A stretch of DNA of 64,000 nt from Selaginella moellendorffii (GCF_000143415.4 NW_003314308.1:1220654-1284653), one strand, 5' to 3'. Numbered from the stretch's first letter, positions 25,184-38,016 are shown. The notes: a model not told the origin generated them from the sequence alone. Translations and numbers: made by a program.

Positions 25184-25653
25184 TAAATCTTTAAAATTAT
25201 CAATCTCATGTTGAGATCATTAACAAATCCTGGAAAAGTGGCAGAAGTCGCCATTGGTGGTGACATTGCAACGTGGGCAAATTCTGATCACCCATATGAT
25301 ACTGCTGCAAAAGTTGCTGTTTTATTTGAATTGGCAAATAGTTGGTGGGTCTTTAGATCTAGGTGGTATGTCCTGACATCGCATTGGCCTCGTATATTGA
25401 GGACAATTTATAGTTATCCTAAAATATCTAAGTCTATTCTAAATATATTCAGGATATTATTATTATTAAATGGTTATGTAAAACCTTTTGATCTTTACGT
25501 GTGTGCTTGTGGTGCCAAAAACCCTCCCCCACACTTGAAAAGCAGGTTAATGGGCATTGTCTACCGTACTTACCCACACCTAGTTGCAGTCTTCTTCATT
25601 TTCTTCCACGAACTCGCCATAAAAGGGATCATGCTGCTGTGCAAAACAGAAAA

Positions 25654-27152
25654 ATGGAAGCCCTGTCTATCATCCTAGTGGGAGCAGCTACACTAGTTCT
25701 ATGCTCGCTCTTTGCATCGCGCTTCTTGTATCCGCTTCCACCGGGTCCATGGGGTACTCCACTCTTTGGGCATTTGTACTCGCTCGGGGAATTGCCACAC
25801 CAGACTCTCTCAAAGCTCTCCAAGAAGTATGGCCCGATCATGACTGTCAGGCTGGGAATGGTTCCAGCACTGGTGATTGACTCGCCGCAGTGGGCACGAG
25901 AATTTCTTACAACACATGATATTGCATTTGCCTCTAGGCCTCAGAATACAAACTCGAAGTATTTGTTCTTTAATGGCAGCGACGTTGGGTTTTCTCCGTA
26001 TGGTGAGCACTGGAGGAATCTGAAGAAACTCATCACTATGGAGCTCTTCACCGCCAAGAAGATGGAGGTTTTCAAAGCTCTACGTGCCAATGGGATCCTC
26101 CGCGTGCTGAAATCCATCGCTGCGGAGGAAGGCAACGTAGTCAGCATAAGGAATTTGCTCTCTATGCTCAACATGAACAACATAAGTCAGATGGCTTTCA
26201 GCAAGCAAGTCATTGATGATCCAATATTTCAGAGGTTCCTGGCGGTATTGGAAGAGTCACTGGATCTCATGGCAGTCTTTGTTCTTGGAGATTTCATTCC
26301 ATTCCTTAAGTGGTTTGATCCTTACGGTTATGTCGCAAAAATGAAGGCCAACCGTAAGGAAATCAGCGGGATATACCAGATGATTATTGATGAGCACAAG
26401 TTGAAGAGAAAGAAAAATTGCACTCCCACTGATCTCGTGGATATACTCCTCTCACAGGGGGTGGACGAGACCACAATCAAAGGAACGATCATGGTAATCA
26501 CCATTTGTGTGCATTGTAAGTTTCATAAACCCACTCTTTCGAATCTTGTCACAGGGCATGTTCGTCGCAGGAACTGACACATCTTCACTCACGTCGGAGT
26601 GGGCTCTTACCTCGCTCATAAACAATCCAGGCTGCATGAGGAGAGCTCAGGAGGAGCTCGATAGAGTTGTGGGGCGAGAGCGCCGTGTCCAAGAAGAGGA
26701 TCTATCCAGTCTTGTCTACCTGAAAGCCATTGTCAAGGAGACCTTCCGGCTCCATCCGCCCGCGCCTCTTCTGCTGCCACGCGAGTCAACCCAGGAGTGT
26801 ACAGTCAAAGGCGGGTACAAAATCCCCAAAGGTACACGACTCATTATCAATACCTGGTCAATCGGCCGAGACCCCGTCTCCTGAAGAGTTCAAGCCCGAG
26901 AGATTCCTTGGAAAGTCCATTGATATCAAGGGACAAGACTTTGAGCTCATTCCTTTTGGTGCCGGGCGGAGGATTTGTGCTGGTTTGCCGCTGGGACAGA
27001 CCATGGTGGAGCTCACCCTGGCTAGCCTGCTACAAGCGTTTGAATGGAAGACAGACAAAACGCTGGATATGGAGGAATCCGAAGGGCTGACAACCAGGAT
27101 GAAAGTTCCACTCGCAGCACATGTTACACGCAGGACTTCTCTCAAGTTCTAA
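25654..27152 (+). pseudogene. CYP71-clan P450 copy 2, frameshifted by an 11-bp deletion before PERF and the heme motif
   Basis: Copy 1 gacccc-agcctgtggga-gtcgcctgaa versus copy 2 gacccc-gtctcctgaa. Premature TGA at 26882-26884 puts the heme Cys out of frame. Confidence 0.88.
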
Positions 27153-27522
27153 ATCTTTGCATATCAGATCTGGTCCTCCTATTATAGCTTTGTTGTGAGA
27201 TGCCAAAGCCTTATCTACCATAATTCATCCTTTGTGTTTAAGATTTTATTATTGGGGTTATTTGTGTTTTCTTGCAACCATAAGTACCACAACACAGCCA
27301 GTCCAAAGTTGCGTCAAATCCACCGGTGGTCTCCAAGAAACGTGGAAGCTTTGACAACTTCTTGGAGGAGACTCTAGAGTCGCCGCCGAAAGTATAGCAT
27401 ACAAGCTGCCCCGCCTCCTAAGGTGGAGAACTTTTGCTCGGTTCTGGAAGTGTTGGAAATGACTAACCTCTTTGCTTCCATACTGCTTGCTAGATCAACA
27501 CAAAACTCTTATCTCCTGCCTG

Positions 27523-30161
27523 TCAGTAAGAAGAGGACGAAGGGGGACGATTTCCCGGTGGATACGGAGAGCCTCTCTCCTGCGGTGGAGCTGACGTCCC
27601 GTCCTGGTTGTACTGCTGATGCTGCTGCTGCTGCTGCTGTGATGGATACTGCTGCTGCTGCTGTGATGGATACTGCTGCTGCTGCTGCTGCGGTGCGTAC
27701 TGCTGCTGTGGAGGGTATTGCTGCTGCGGTGGTGGCGAGTTTTGATACTGGTTGTACTGCGGCGGTGGCGCGTTTTGGTTATACTGTTGCTGCTGGTATG
27801 GTGGTGCGTTCTGGTATGGCGGCGGGCTGGAAGGACCGTTCTGGTACTGTGGAGCTCCTGACGCTGGAGGAGCCTGAGAGTAACCAGCGCCATATCCTCC
27901 GGATTGAGAGTAAGGTGATCCCGCTCCCTGCGAGTAGCCACCGCCGCCAGCCGGTGGAGCTTGTGTCCCTGCTGCTGAGTATCCGCCTGGAGCACCTGCG
28001 GCCGAGTATCCTCCCTGCCTTGGAGGCTGCTGCGAGTAAGGTGCCTGACCACCACCTCCTGCGGCCGAGTATCCTCCCTGTGCTGGAGCTTGTTGCGAGT
28101 AAGGTGATTGACCACTTGCGGCTCCAGCAACCGAGTATCCACCGGGAGCTGGAGCCTGCGAGTAAGGCGACTGAGCAGCTCCGTATCCGCCTTGCTGCGA
28201 GTAAGGTGGCTGGCCGCCTTGTGCGTAAGGTGACTGGCCAGTCCCTGCTGCTGCGTATCCACCTTGAGATGGAGCTTGCGAATAAGGTGACTGACCATAT
28301 CCACCACCCGAAGCTGGAGGCTGCGAATAAGGAGACTGAGTGGCTCCATATCCACCTGGAGCTTGCGCCTGTTGTTGCGTCCCGTATCCAGTTTGCGGCT
28401 GCGAGTAACCAGCCGGAGCTTGGGACGCTTGAGCTGGAGCTGGAGTTGGAGCTGGAGCCGATGCTGCTGCTGGGGTTGCTGCTTGGGAAGAAAGTCGTCC
28501 CCCGGAAGCGTCTGAAGTTGCTTCTGGAGCCGGAGCTGCCGGCTGCGCGGCTTCTGCTGGTGGAGCCCCTGCCGATTGCGCTGCTGGCATTGGATATAGT
28601 TCCGCAGGTGTAGTTGGAACGCCAGAAGCCGGTTGAGTCGCGGCTGCTGCAGCCGCTGCTGCCGGAGGGAGGTAGTCAGTCGTTCGAGGAGCCATTGCCG
28701 GCACTTTGATAGTCTTCTTCTCCTTGATGACTTCCAGTACCTTGTTAGCTTCGTCGATGAAGGCCTCGTAACCTTCAATGTTTCGGATCACAATGTCGAT
28801 CTGACAGAAAGCATGTGTCAGAATCAGCGTAAGAAAGAACAGAGAGAAAAATAAAAAGGAAAAGAGAAGAAAGAAAAGGAAGTGCTTACTCGCTCAAAGC
28901 CTTCGCAGCTGTCTTTAAGAGTTCGAAGAGCAACTTCTGCGCCATCCGCATAGGGGTACCTGAGCGTGATTGTTAGTAACTACCCCAAATAAAAGAAATG
29001 CCATACCCGTATATATTGCAAGACAATGGCGGAAATGCAAGATATTTTAGCTTCTCTTTGCGAGCAACCAAGAGAGCAGTCCTGCAGAAGTTGACTTTCG
29101 TGAGAACAAAAAAATCGAAAACAGAAATGCTGAACCTGTAAGCTTTTTCTAGAGTTGGATCAGACTCTCGAACACCTGTTTTCTCGTTCTTCTTGTGAAC
29201 AGCTCCGACTGTGTGAATGACACGATGTACAGGAAGATCAAAGGCTCTAAAACAAGAAAAACGAAAAAACAAAACGAAAAACTCAATACAAAAACTAGAA
29301 ACAACGACAAAGGTACCTCGTACTGATAGCATCACCCATTTCAGCCTTGATTCCCTGAGGAGCAACATCCGGGAGCCTTTGAGTGCATTCCAAGAGCTTC
29401 GAACCAGCAGCTTTGAAAAGAACTACAGAGAAACATACACACGCATTGGAACTATTAAGAAGCATTTGGAGTAAAAGGTGCGAATTACCTGCATTCACAG
29501 CTGGTCCTGTGTTGAGCTTCTTGTTTGCTGGAGCAATCTGCGAGGCAGGAAAAAAAAACGAAAAGAAGAACACGAACCTTACAAACGAAAGAAGAGAAGC
29601 ATAAGAGAGACATACCACTGCATCCTGCTTGCCATCCACAAACCACTTGGACAAGTCCCCAAAGTAAATGGTGCACAGACAAGTTGGCGAGAGCTTGAAG
29701 TGTTCTCGCTGCAAGAGCTCCGTCGGTGGCTTTGGCGGTGTCAGCCATTCCATCACCTTGGACTTCTGCTTGGTGGGATCATAAGGCCGCGGAGTTCCGG
29801 GCTTTGGACGAGGCGAGCCTGGCAATCCAGGAATCTGGCTCCCTGGAAAGTTGAGTCCCAGAGACCCAGAGAATCCCGAGAAGGGAGGCGGCCGCGAGAA
29901 CTTCCTATCGGAGGTAGCCGTGGACGCCGTTGGCCTGGTTGGGAGCTCTTTGGGAAGACTATCGGCAGTGCCATTTGTTCCAGACGGCGGTGGCGAGCCT
30001 GGAGCTCCAGTGCACGCCCTCACACTGAGAGAGAGCGACGAATTCCTGGTTGCGGCGGGCAAATACGCGAAGTTCCCGGGCCTCACATCGCCAAAGAGGC
30101 CAGAGGAATGGATACCTAGCGGAGGCGAGACCCTCGCCTGGCTCACAGCCGCGAGCTGCAT
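27523..30161 (-). CDS. Divergent macrodomain (Appr-1''-p processing/MacroD-like) protein with transit-peptide-like N-terminus and long Q/P/G/Y/S/A low-complexity tail, multi-exon
   Basis: GDLSKWFVDGKQDAV / IAPAN / LFKAAG / FDLPVHRVIHTVG / LKYLAFPPLSCNIYG / YPYADGAEVAL match the plant macro fold. Last exon ~28800-27523 encodes GQSPYSQ/GGYSAAG repeats. Confidence 0.85.
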
Positions 30162-30648
30162 CGTCCAGGAATCCCTGCGCGGCCGGGAGCTCTCAGCGCC
30201 GGATTGCGAGAAAATGCATCACGAATCTCAGCCATACCTCGGAGAGCGCGGAGGAGCACAGCGCCTTATCCCTTCGCGAGAAATATACGTAGGGCTTATA
30301 CCAGGGTTTATGAAAGATCTATCTGGAGGCAATCCCGACCGTCGGTTATCAAGCATCTGAAGCCGTCGGATCTAGATATTTCTTTTTTAAAACGAGGCAT
30401 GTTCTTGGATGGTTTGATCTAATCACATCGATTTTTTTCCCAGGAGATCACATCCCAGCCACTAGAACTAGTGGCCATTGCTCGAAATCGATAGAAAGAA
30501 CCAGGGCATGGAATTCGTCTATTTGGACCACGCGAGAGGATGATTCGCGGAATCAATCTCTTTTAAATATAGCTCCCACACCACGATGCGATAAGATTCT
30601 TCTGGGTGTTCTTCTCGAGCCCTTGGTAGAAGAGATCTTCTAGCTCCC

Positions 30649-32484
30649 ATGGCCACCATGAATGGATCGCCCAAGATCGATCCAGACGCCCTCGTCGATG
30701 CCTGGCTCGCGCGATTGGATTCCTCTCTCGCCTCCGGCGATGCATCGGCCGCTGCCACTCTCTTCGAGGAATCCACTTCCTTCTGGCGGGATCTCATCGC
30801 GTTCACCTGGAACATCGTCACGGTCGAGGGCCGGTCACAGATCCACGCCATGCTCCAATCCACGCTCGAATCAGTCGCGCCCAAGGGTTGGGTCCGCAAC
30901 GGTACCGCCAGCTACAGCGCGGACTCGGGCGTCATTGAGGCCTGGATCAAGTTCGAGACGCGCGACGCGGTATGTACGGGGCATTTGCGCCTGATGGCCA
31001 CTACTTCCCTCTGTCGTACGCTACTCACCGCCATGGAGGGGCTCAAGGATTTCCCAGAGAAGAAGGGCCATACGCGGCCCAAAGGTGTGACGCACGGCGT
31101 CATACGGCACCGCGCGTCATGGCTGGACGGGCGCAAGGAAGAGGAGCGGACGCTGGGCAGTACCGTGCAGCCCTATTGCGTCATTGTCGGGGGCGGGCAG
31201 GCGGGTATCGGGCTTGCCGCGCGGCTCCGGCAGCTCGGCGTGCCGTGCATCGTGGTAGAGAAGAACCCGCGGCCGGGCGATTCGTGGAGGAGTCGCTACA
31301 AATCGCTATGTCTCCACGATCCGGTGTGGTATGATCATCTTCCCTATTTGCCATTCCCGGAGAACTGGCCGATTTTCACGCCCAAGGACAAGATGGGAGA
31401 TTGGCTCGAGGCTTACACCAAGATCATGGAGATCAACTACTGGACCTCCAGCGAGTGCCTGGGAGCTCGTTTCGATCCACAGTCCGGGGAGTGGGAGGTG
31501 AAGATCCTGCGGGATAGGAGCAAGGAGGTGACCTTGCGACCCAAGCAGCTCATCCTGGCGACCGGGATGTCAGGATTTCCCAATGTGCCACGGATTCCCG
31601 GGCAGGAGGAATTCGTGGGCGATCTCCATCACTCGAGCAAGCATCCGGGAGGCAAAGCTTACAAGGGGAAGAGAGCGGTGATCCTGGGATCCAACAATTC
31701 GGCCCACGACATCGCCGCCGATCTCTGGGAGAATGGCGCCGCGGAGGTGACGATGATCCAGCGATCCTCCACCCACGTAGTTCGATCCGAGTCGCTCCTC
31801 CAATTCGTGATGAAAAACACCTACTCGGAATCGGCGGTAGAGTCGGGGCTCACGACTGACAAGGCCGACATGATCTTCGCGAGCGTGCCATACAAGATCA
31901 TGGGCGATGTTAATCGACCAACCTACGATGCGATCCGAGCCCACGACAAGGATTTCTACGCCGCGCTCACCAAGACTGGATTCATGCTCGACTTTGGCGA
32001 CGATGACTCGGGGCTCTTCATGAAGTACCTCCGCCGTGGATCCGGCTACTACATCGACGTGGGCGCATCCCAGCTGTTGATCGACGGCGAGATCAAGCTC
32101 CGCAGTGGCGTCACCATTGCGTCGCTCAAGCCGAGCTCGGTGGTGCTGAGCGACGGTACGGAGATCGCGGCCGATGTGGTGATTTTGGCCACGGGGTACG
32201 GATCCATGAACCAATGGGCCGCGAAGCTAATCTCCCAGGAGGTGGCGGATCGCGTGGGCAAGTGTTGGGGGCTGGGATCGAACACGCGCAAGGATCCCGG
32301 GCCGTGGGAGGGGGAGCTCCGGAATATGTGGAAGCCCACCGCGCAGGAAGGGCTGTGGTTCCATGGTGGGAATCTCCACCAGGCTCGTCACTACTCACTC
32401 TATCTGGCGCTACAGCTCAAGGCGAGGATGGAAGGAATCACGACCCCGGTGTATGGCATACCCAAGGTCCGCCACCTCAGTTAA
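30649..32484 (+). CDS. Type II (bacterial-like) flavin-containing monooxygenase, 611 aa, intronless, copy 1
   Basis: N-terminal extension (WRDLIAFTWN), FAD Rossmann VGGGQAG, WRSRYKSLCLHDP, FxGxxxHSSxH (FVGDLHHSSKH), second Rossmann GSNNSAHD, ATGY. Confidence 0.93.
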   Translation: MATMNGSPKIDPDALVDAWLARLDSSLASGDASAAATLFEESTSFWRDLIAFTWNIVTVEGRSQIHAMLQSTLESVAPKGWVRNGTASYSADSGVIEAWIKFETRDAVCTGHLRLMATTSLCRTLLTAMEGLKDFPEKKGHTRPKGVTHGVIRHRASWLDGRKEEERTLGSTVQPYCVIVGGGQAGIGLAARLRQLGVPCIVVEKNPRPGDSWRSRYKSLCLHDPVWYDHLPYLPFPENWPIFTPKDKMGDWLEAYTKIMEINYWTSSECLGARFDPQSGEWEVKILRDRSKEVTLRPKQLILATGMSGFPNVPRIPGQEEFVGDLHHSSKHPGGKAYKGKRAVILGSNNSAHDIAADLWENGAAEVTMIQRSSTHVVRSESLLQFVMKNTYSESAVESGLTTDKADMIFASVPYKIMGDVNRPTYDAIRAHDKDFYAALTKTGFMLDFGDDDSGLFMKYLRRGSGYYIDVGASQLLIDGEIKLRSGVTIASLKPSSVVLSDGTEIAADVVILATGYGSMNQWAAKLISQEVADRVGKCWGLGSNTRKDPGPWEGELRNMWKPTAQEGLWFHGGNLHQARHYSLYLALQLKARMEGITTPVYGIPKVRHLS

Positions 32485-32849
32485 GTCAAATCAACTAGTC
32501 AATCCTAGTAAATTTGTCAATGATAGTCAAACATTTAAAATCTGAAAAAAGTAATCGGGTATGATCAGCCTGCTAGTGCCTGTGGTGGTAGGGTGCAGTG
32601 CAAATCTGAAGCATCGCTTCCTGGGGAACAATGCTCGTCCCACAGCGATCAACGTTACGGGGTGGATTTTTGTCAGCTGCAAGAGACAAGGAGCATTCAC
32701 TAGAGGGATTGCAGCCAGGCCGGAATCAATGTTTTGTTCATGCAGATGAAGCTGAATTATTATCCACTACTTCTGGCGCTAAATGTAAGACGATTTATTT
32801 TCCATTAGCTTAAACAAAGTTTAGGTGGATCTTTTTGTTCCGTGTAGAA

Positions 32850-35800
32850 CATGTTTCTACCAAGAAAAAAAAGGAAAGTTAAATCTAGTTCTTTGTTTCC
32901 TTGATTGGGATGAGCTAGAGAAAGAAGATAAAGAACATGATATCCCCATATAACTCCCCTTGTATATAAAGAAATATATAACATTCTTCAACTGATTTGG
33001 AGGCAGCAATAGAGCAAGCATATTAGTGAGCACCTCATCAAAGGTTTTGGTTGTGATATGCCCAAAAGCAACAAGCTTGAATAAGGTGGGAATTCCTTTG
33101 TTGGCAAAGTCTTGAATACTTTCAGTTTGGCTCTTGACTATTCCACCAAATTTGGTTTTAAACTCAAAGTTTTGCCAAAGACGAGTTTCAAGGTTAGTTG
33201 GCAGTCTTGGTGTTGTCAAGATAACAATGATACAGTTTTCCAATTGCTCACCCAAAGATTCCAAGTGCTCATGTGTTGCACTTTTTTCATTCACTAATGC
33301 CATCTAGATTATTATGGGCAACTAACATTTCCCAGAGTTTCTTCTCCAACTTAAGATTTCTAGCCAAGGAAATCCTTCCCGTTGAACACTTTAAACAAAT
33401 ATTTATCAAAGAAACACTCCTAATAACTATTTAACATCCAATAGGTTGGCAAAAAGGGTGCTAAGTCAATAAAATAGTTGACTAAAGAATATTTTTGTTA
33501 CAATATGCACTACCACTTAAAGGGTATTTCAAATTTTTATTTCCGTTTTTTAAATATGCTAAGAATTTTCTTTTGTAATAAATTAATATTAGAAAATATT
33601 CTGTCATTATAACTATATCTTAAATCATGTAATTACTACAACTAAACTTTATGTTGTAACTATAAACTATTATATAATATCAGATATTATTATAACTAGA
33701 ATAAATTATATCTCAAATCCATACATATAGAAGAACTAGGTTACCTTTTTTGTTTTTCTCTCTTCTTCTTTAGTGCATAATCATTAATGAGCTTTGACAT
33801 GTAAGTTCATTTTTCCTTAATGTACACCTCTCCATAAACTTAGCTACAACTTTTGCATAGAGTGGCATATCATCAAGAGCTTTCTTCATAATAACATGCT
33901 AAAACCATTGCACAAAAAGTCAAGGATACAACCACCCTCACAGTAAAAGTGTTGCACAACCATGTTTATCAAAGCTTTTGATTTTTGTGAAAGAAGTTGC
34001 ATGTAAAAAATATTAAAGGTATTTTTTTGTCTAAAAAGAAATGACTTACCAAGCTTTGCATTTAATGTCATCCATGACAATATTGACTTATTTATGTTGG
34101 AGGAGATTTGATGAAAGGTTCAAAGGCAAAGCCACTTTTCCCCTTGTTTTCATTTTTTTGTGAAACAATAGCATTGAAATAACTTTGATTTATATTGCAA
34201 AATCAATTACTAATTAGGAAACATAAGAACTTTAAGCATACTTACTTTTTACCTCTAAAACCTTAGTCTATTCATAACTCTAGTATGTAGTTTTTAATTA
34301 CGACAAAGTGAGTTTGAAAAAACACTTCTACCATCTTAATTATTTGCAATGTCATCCCAAAAGTTAAATACCAATTGAAAGTCCTACAAAATTCATTTGG
34401 AAGATTAATACCAAAATAAAGTTGGGTTGGATGACTATCATCATATTTCTTCATTAACCCCCCCCCCCCCCCCCCCCCTACCCCTGACATCTTTGATAAA
34501 GCCAAAGGGATTTGTCCAATATTAAAATTCATCAATAAAGGAATTCTGAGAGTTGCAATACATAAACTTCTTCAGCTCCTCAAGAATTAACTTATGCTGT
34601 TTAAACATCTTGGTATTTGGAGCTTTTTCATCTTCATTAATTAGAATTGTTATAAAAATCCTTATTAGCATATTTCTTATATGTGTTATAGCCTTTTTGA
34701 AGAATGATTTCAGCTAAATCTGGTGGCAAAGTGCTTTTGGTATTTTATTTAGATCATCAATATATAGTTCCATGCAAGCTTGTGAGAAAAATTTCTTCCT
34801 TTCTTCTCTAAAACGTAAACGTCTTCCATCTTAAGATTAGTTGGAAAAATATAGTTAAATACAAAATAAATAAAGAGCTTTTTTGGGCTTATTAAATATA
34901 ATGAATGCTTATAGTGTTTTTAAAGTAGTAGGCTTTCTTTTCTTCTTTTCCAACTGTGTCTTCACTTTGGTAGGTTCGTTAATATTGTTAAATTCCATCA
35001 AGAATTCTTTTTTGATAGTTATAAATTGTTTCTCTTTGAACTAGTCTTGGATATTCAAGTTTCACATTTTTTGTTCCACTTTTGGCACCACAACAATATG
35101 ACAGTTTTCCTGTTCATAATTTATAACTCTAGTACATTTAGGCAGCTCCTCATCCCTATATATGTAGATAGACGAGGTAGGGAACAACCATGGCTCAACA
35201 ATAGTTGGAATTGCCTTTCACACAGATTTGAAGTACTTGAAAAATAAAGAAAATTAAAACTTGAAAAGTATAAAGTGATGAAAGTGTTACTTATATGCAA
35301 GGTGCTAACCAGTTTTTTATATTATTGCATCATTTTTTTGTCCCTTTAGTCTTCATCATCATCCTCTTTTATCTCGGCTTTACTAGACATTAGCTGGAGT
35401 TATGGCCAAATTTGTAAAATGCCAAACTTGAATTTATATTTCTTATAATACTCTAACACTATTTTGTACTTCGATCAATTTGCTCTAAATAAAATTTTTT
35501 TATCCACCTCCTCAATATACCCAATTGCTTTCTCTGTCACATTAATGTTTATTAGTTTTTTCCTCCACCAAATTCAAAATGACTTATCAGTGGTTAGAAT
35601 TAAAAAGTGAACAACTTTAGATGACATACTAGTTGCTCTTAACTCTTTGAACACTATTAATTTGTCCAAATTTGGATTTATGCCAAAGTTATTATGTTCA
35701 GCTTCTTAAATATACATTATTTGTACTATGGATCCTTAGCATTAAAGTTTATCACAACATCAAACCATTCCCCCTCAAGATTTAAATATAAGATATTGAT

Positions 35801-36790
35801 CAATTTCGTTATCTTTACTATATATTTTTATTTGATTTTGTACTCCTTTTTAACAATAGCATCAATAGCATCAATAGCATCATTTGTTGTGGGGGGAGCT
35901 ATAATGTCACTCCCCCTTATGTGACAACTCTAGTAGTATGCCACCATTTGGATTTGCCATGGGGGGAGCTATAGTGCCACTCCCCCTTGCGTAACAGTTC
36001 AGGTGGTGGTGAGTGCCACCACTCGGAGTGGCCATAGGGGGAGTTATGGTGTCACTCCCTTTGACAAAGTAGTATGATTTGCAGTCGATTCCTATGTTGA
36101 GGCTCCCCCCTCATTGAGCATAGAATAACATAAGGGATGGGTAGGGGGGAGTGCTTTTTGCTTGTGTGCTTGCTACTTAACCCATCTCTTGCTTAGAAAC
36201 CTTAATTACCAAAAACCTTAACCCAATTTTAATGTTGATATCAACCTTAGAAATACTTAAAGCATTATATCAATTTTGGAGAAAATGAAATAAAGTTACA
36301 GTTGTAAGAATTTACTTCTATTAATGACTTGATTTTTCTTGTAAGGTGTGTTTTTATTTTCCCTTATTTTAGGTATGGCTAAAAATCCAATAACAAAGGA
36401 TGTTACATAGCAATAGTGAGATATCAAAGGAGGGAGCTATCGTTAGAAATAGAGTTGCTGATAGAAAAAGGATCCTTATGTGCTTTCAATCTGATCAAGT
36501 TAGAATGTTATAAAGGGCTCAAGGTATAGGGTCACTTTGGGTTACTATGACAAATATTTTTTTAGGTGGGAAAATGTATTTTGCACTAAATCCAATTGTA
36601 GAAGCAGAGTTTCAACTAAAGAAGTTTGTGGTAGGTTTAAGTGATGCAAAAATGTAGAGTAGAGAGGTTTTTTCTTTAACAACAAATAAGAAAGAGCCAT
36701 TTTCGACAATAATAAACTCTTCTATAGTAGACTCAATAAAAAATTGTAGATATAGAAGAATATATAGGTAGTGAATCTGTGTTTGAGCTA
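32850..36790. mobile_element. AT-rich degenerate repeat/TE-derived region (unclassified)
   Basis: Abrupt drop in GC, broken ORFs, a long poly-C run and hairpin repeats. No domain recognised. Confidence 0.4.
35885..36065. repeat. Three ~70-76 bp tandem units, each with a GGGGGAG...CTCCC(CC) hairpin
   Basis: gggggagctataatgtcactccccc (35891), gggggagctatagtgccactccccc (~35962), gggggagttatggtgtcactccc (36037). Confidence 0.8.
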
Positions 36791-38016
36791 CTTATAAGTA
36801 ACTAAATTTTCCATTCTACTTTAGTCACTTAACCACACTTATTACCACTTAAAAGAGTCTCACTCACAATCTTCATAAGTTTTATTCCCGATTTAGGGAT
36901 ATGCTAGCCCCATGAATGGCATCTATGCTACTCTACCTTTGCACTTGGTCCATCTGCTCCACATGTTTAATCCCATGACAAACAGTCAAAGGTACTACTG
37001 ACATCTCAACCTATTATGTTAACACTATGTCTATTCACCTTTGTCTCATGATAATCCAAGACTACTCATACCATAGCTTTGTCTCCCAAAGACTAAGCCA
37101 TCTGTCCATGAGTGGTCATCTTATAACCCCACTTTAGCATCCTGAGGATGCTTAAAAATATAAGGAACACCCTTCTCGAATATCCCTTCTTCAATCTCTA
37201 TTAAGTCCCTTTTTGTCCATAGCTGTACTCATCAACACTGCTATTCGATTAGGGCTTAAAAGCCCAATTACTAAGTCCCATTGACCTCTAGGATTTCTTT
37301 GTTATGTGATTGTACCCTTAGTCACTACACAGGAGGATTGCTCCTCTTTTTTTCTATAGTTTAGGACTTTGGGATGATATTTTGAAACACTGCGGCCCAA
37401 CACATGCCTCGTGGGTACTGTCCCCATATTCCACCCTTTAGTGCTCTAGCCATATGGTTAAAATGAGGTTCCAATGAGCCACACTAGGTATCCAAGTAGG
37501 TAGTGCCACCCACACTTGGATTAGGAGCATTGATATTTCGATTTCTCAAGGGAATTAAAGCTGTCTCTTGAACACTTCACCAAATTACCCCATTTGTCCG
37601 TCCATATTCACTTTAGCCTTAGACTCTTCAATGGTTATATAATCACCCACCATATGGGTATAGCCTTCCTTGGTCACACTAGCCTTTCCTGGCTAAATTG
37701 GTTCCACTAGAGTCCTCCCCTTACTATACTTTTGGAGCTCACCAAACCCCTAAGGATTTGGGAGATGATCGCTTTGGGCTTTCACCCTCAAACTTGGACT
37801 CGAACTCGCACTTAGACTCGAGCTCTGGCTCAGTCTTGGTCTTAGTCTCGATCTCAGTGTCGGTCTCGATTTTGGTCTCAGTTTCAAACTCAACCTTGGG
37901 CTCCATCATCTCAGACTCTATCTCAGACCCCTTCTTGGACTCCATCTTGGGTCCATCTCGAATCCATCTCAAACTCCATCTCGGGTCCATCTTGGACTCC
38001 AACTTAGGTCCATTTC

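Larger units (their letters stand above)
14393..27479 (+). repeat. Tandem segmental duplication, copy 2 (with Copia insertion)
   Basis: Near-identical to 8206-14394 apart from the 7.3 kb Copia, a ~430 bp intergenic deletion and small indels. Confidence 0.9.

Noticed and set aside
27423-28778. Long alternative-frame and antisense ORFs (396 and 427 aa) over the macrodomain tail
   Set aside because: By-products of stop-poor CAG/GCT repeats. Only the 27523 frame joins the macrodomain exons.
35885-36065. CRISPR-like array of palindromic repeats
   Set aside because: The spacers resemble each other, the repeats are degenerate, the context is eukaryotic and there are no cas genes. It is a minisatellite.
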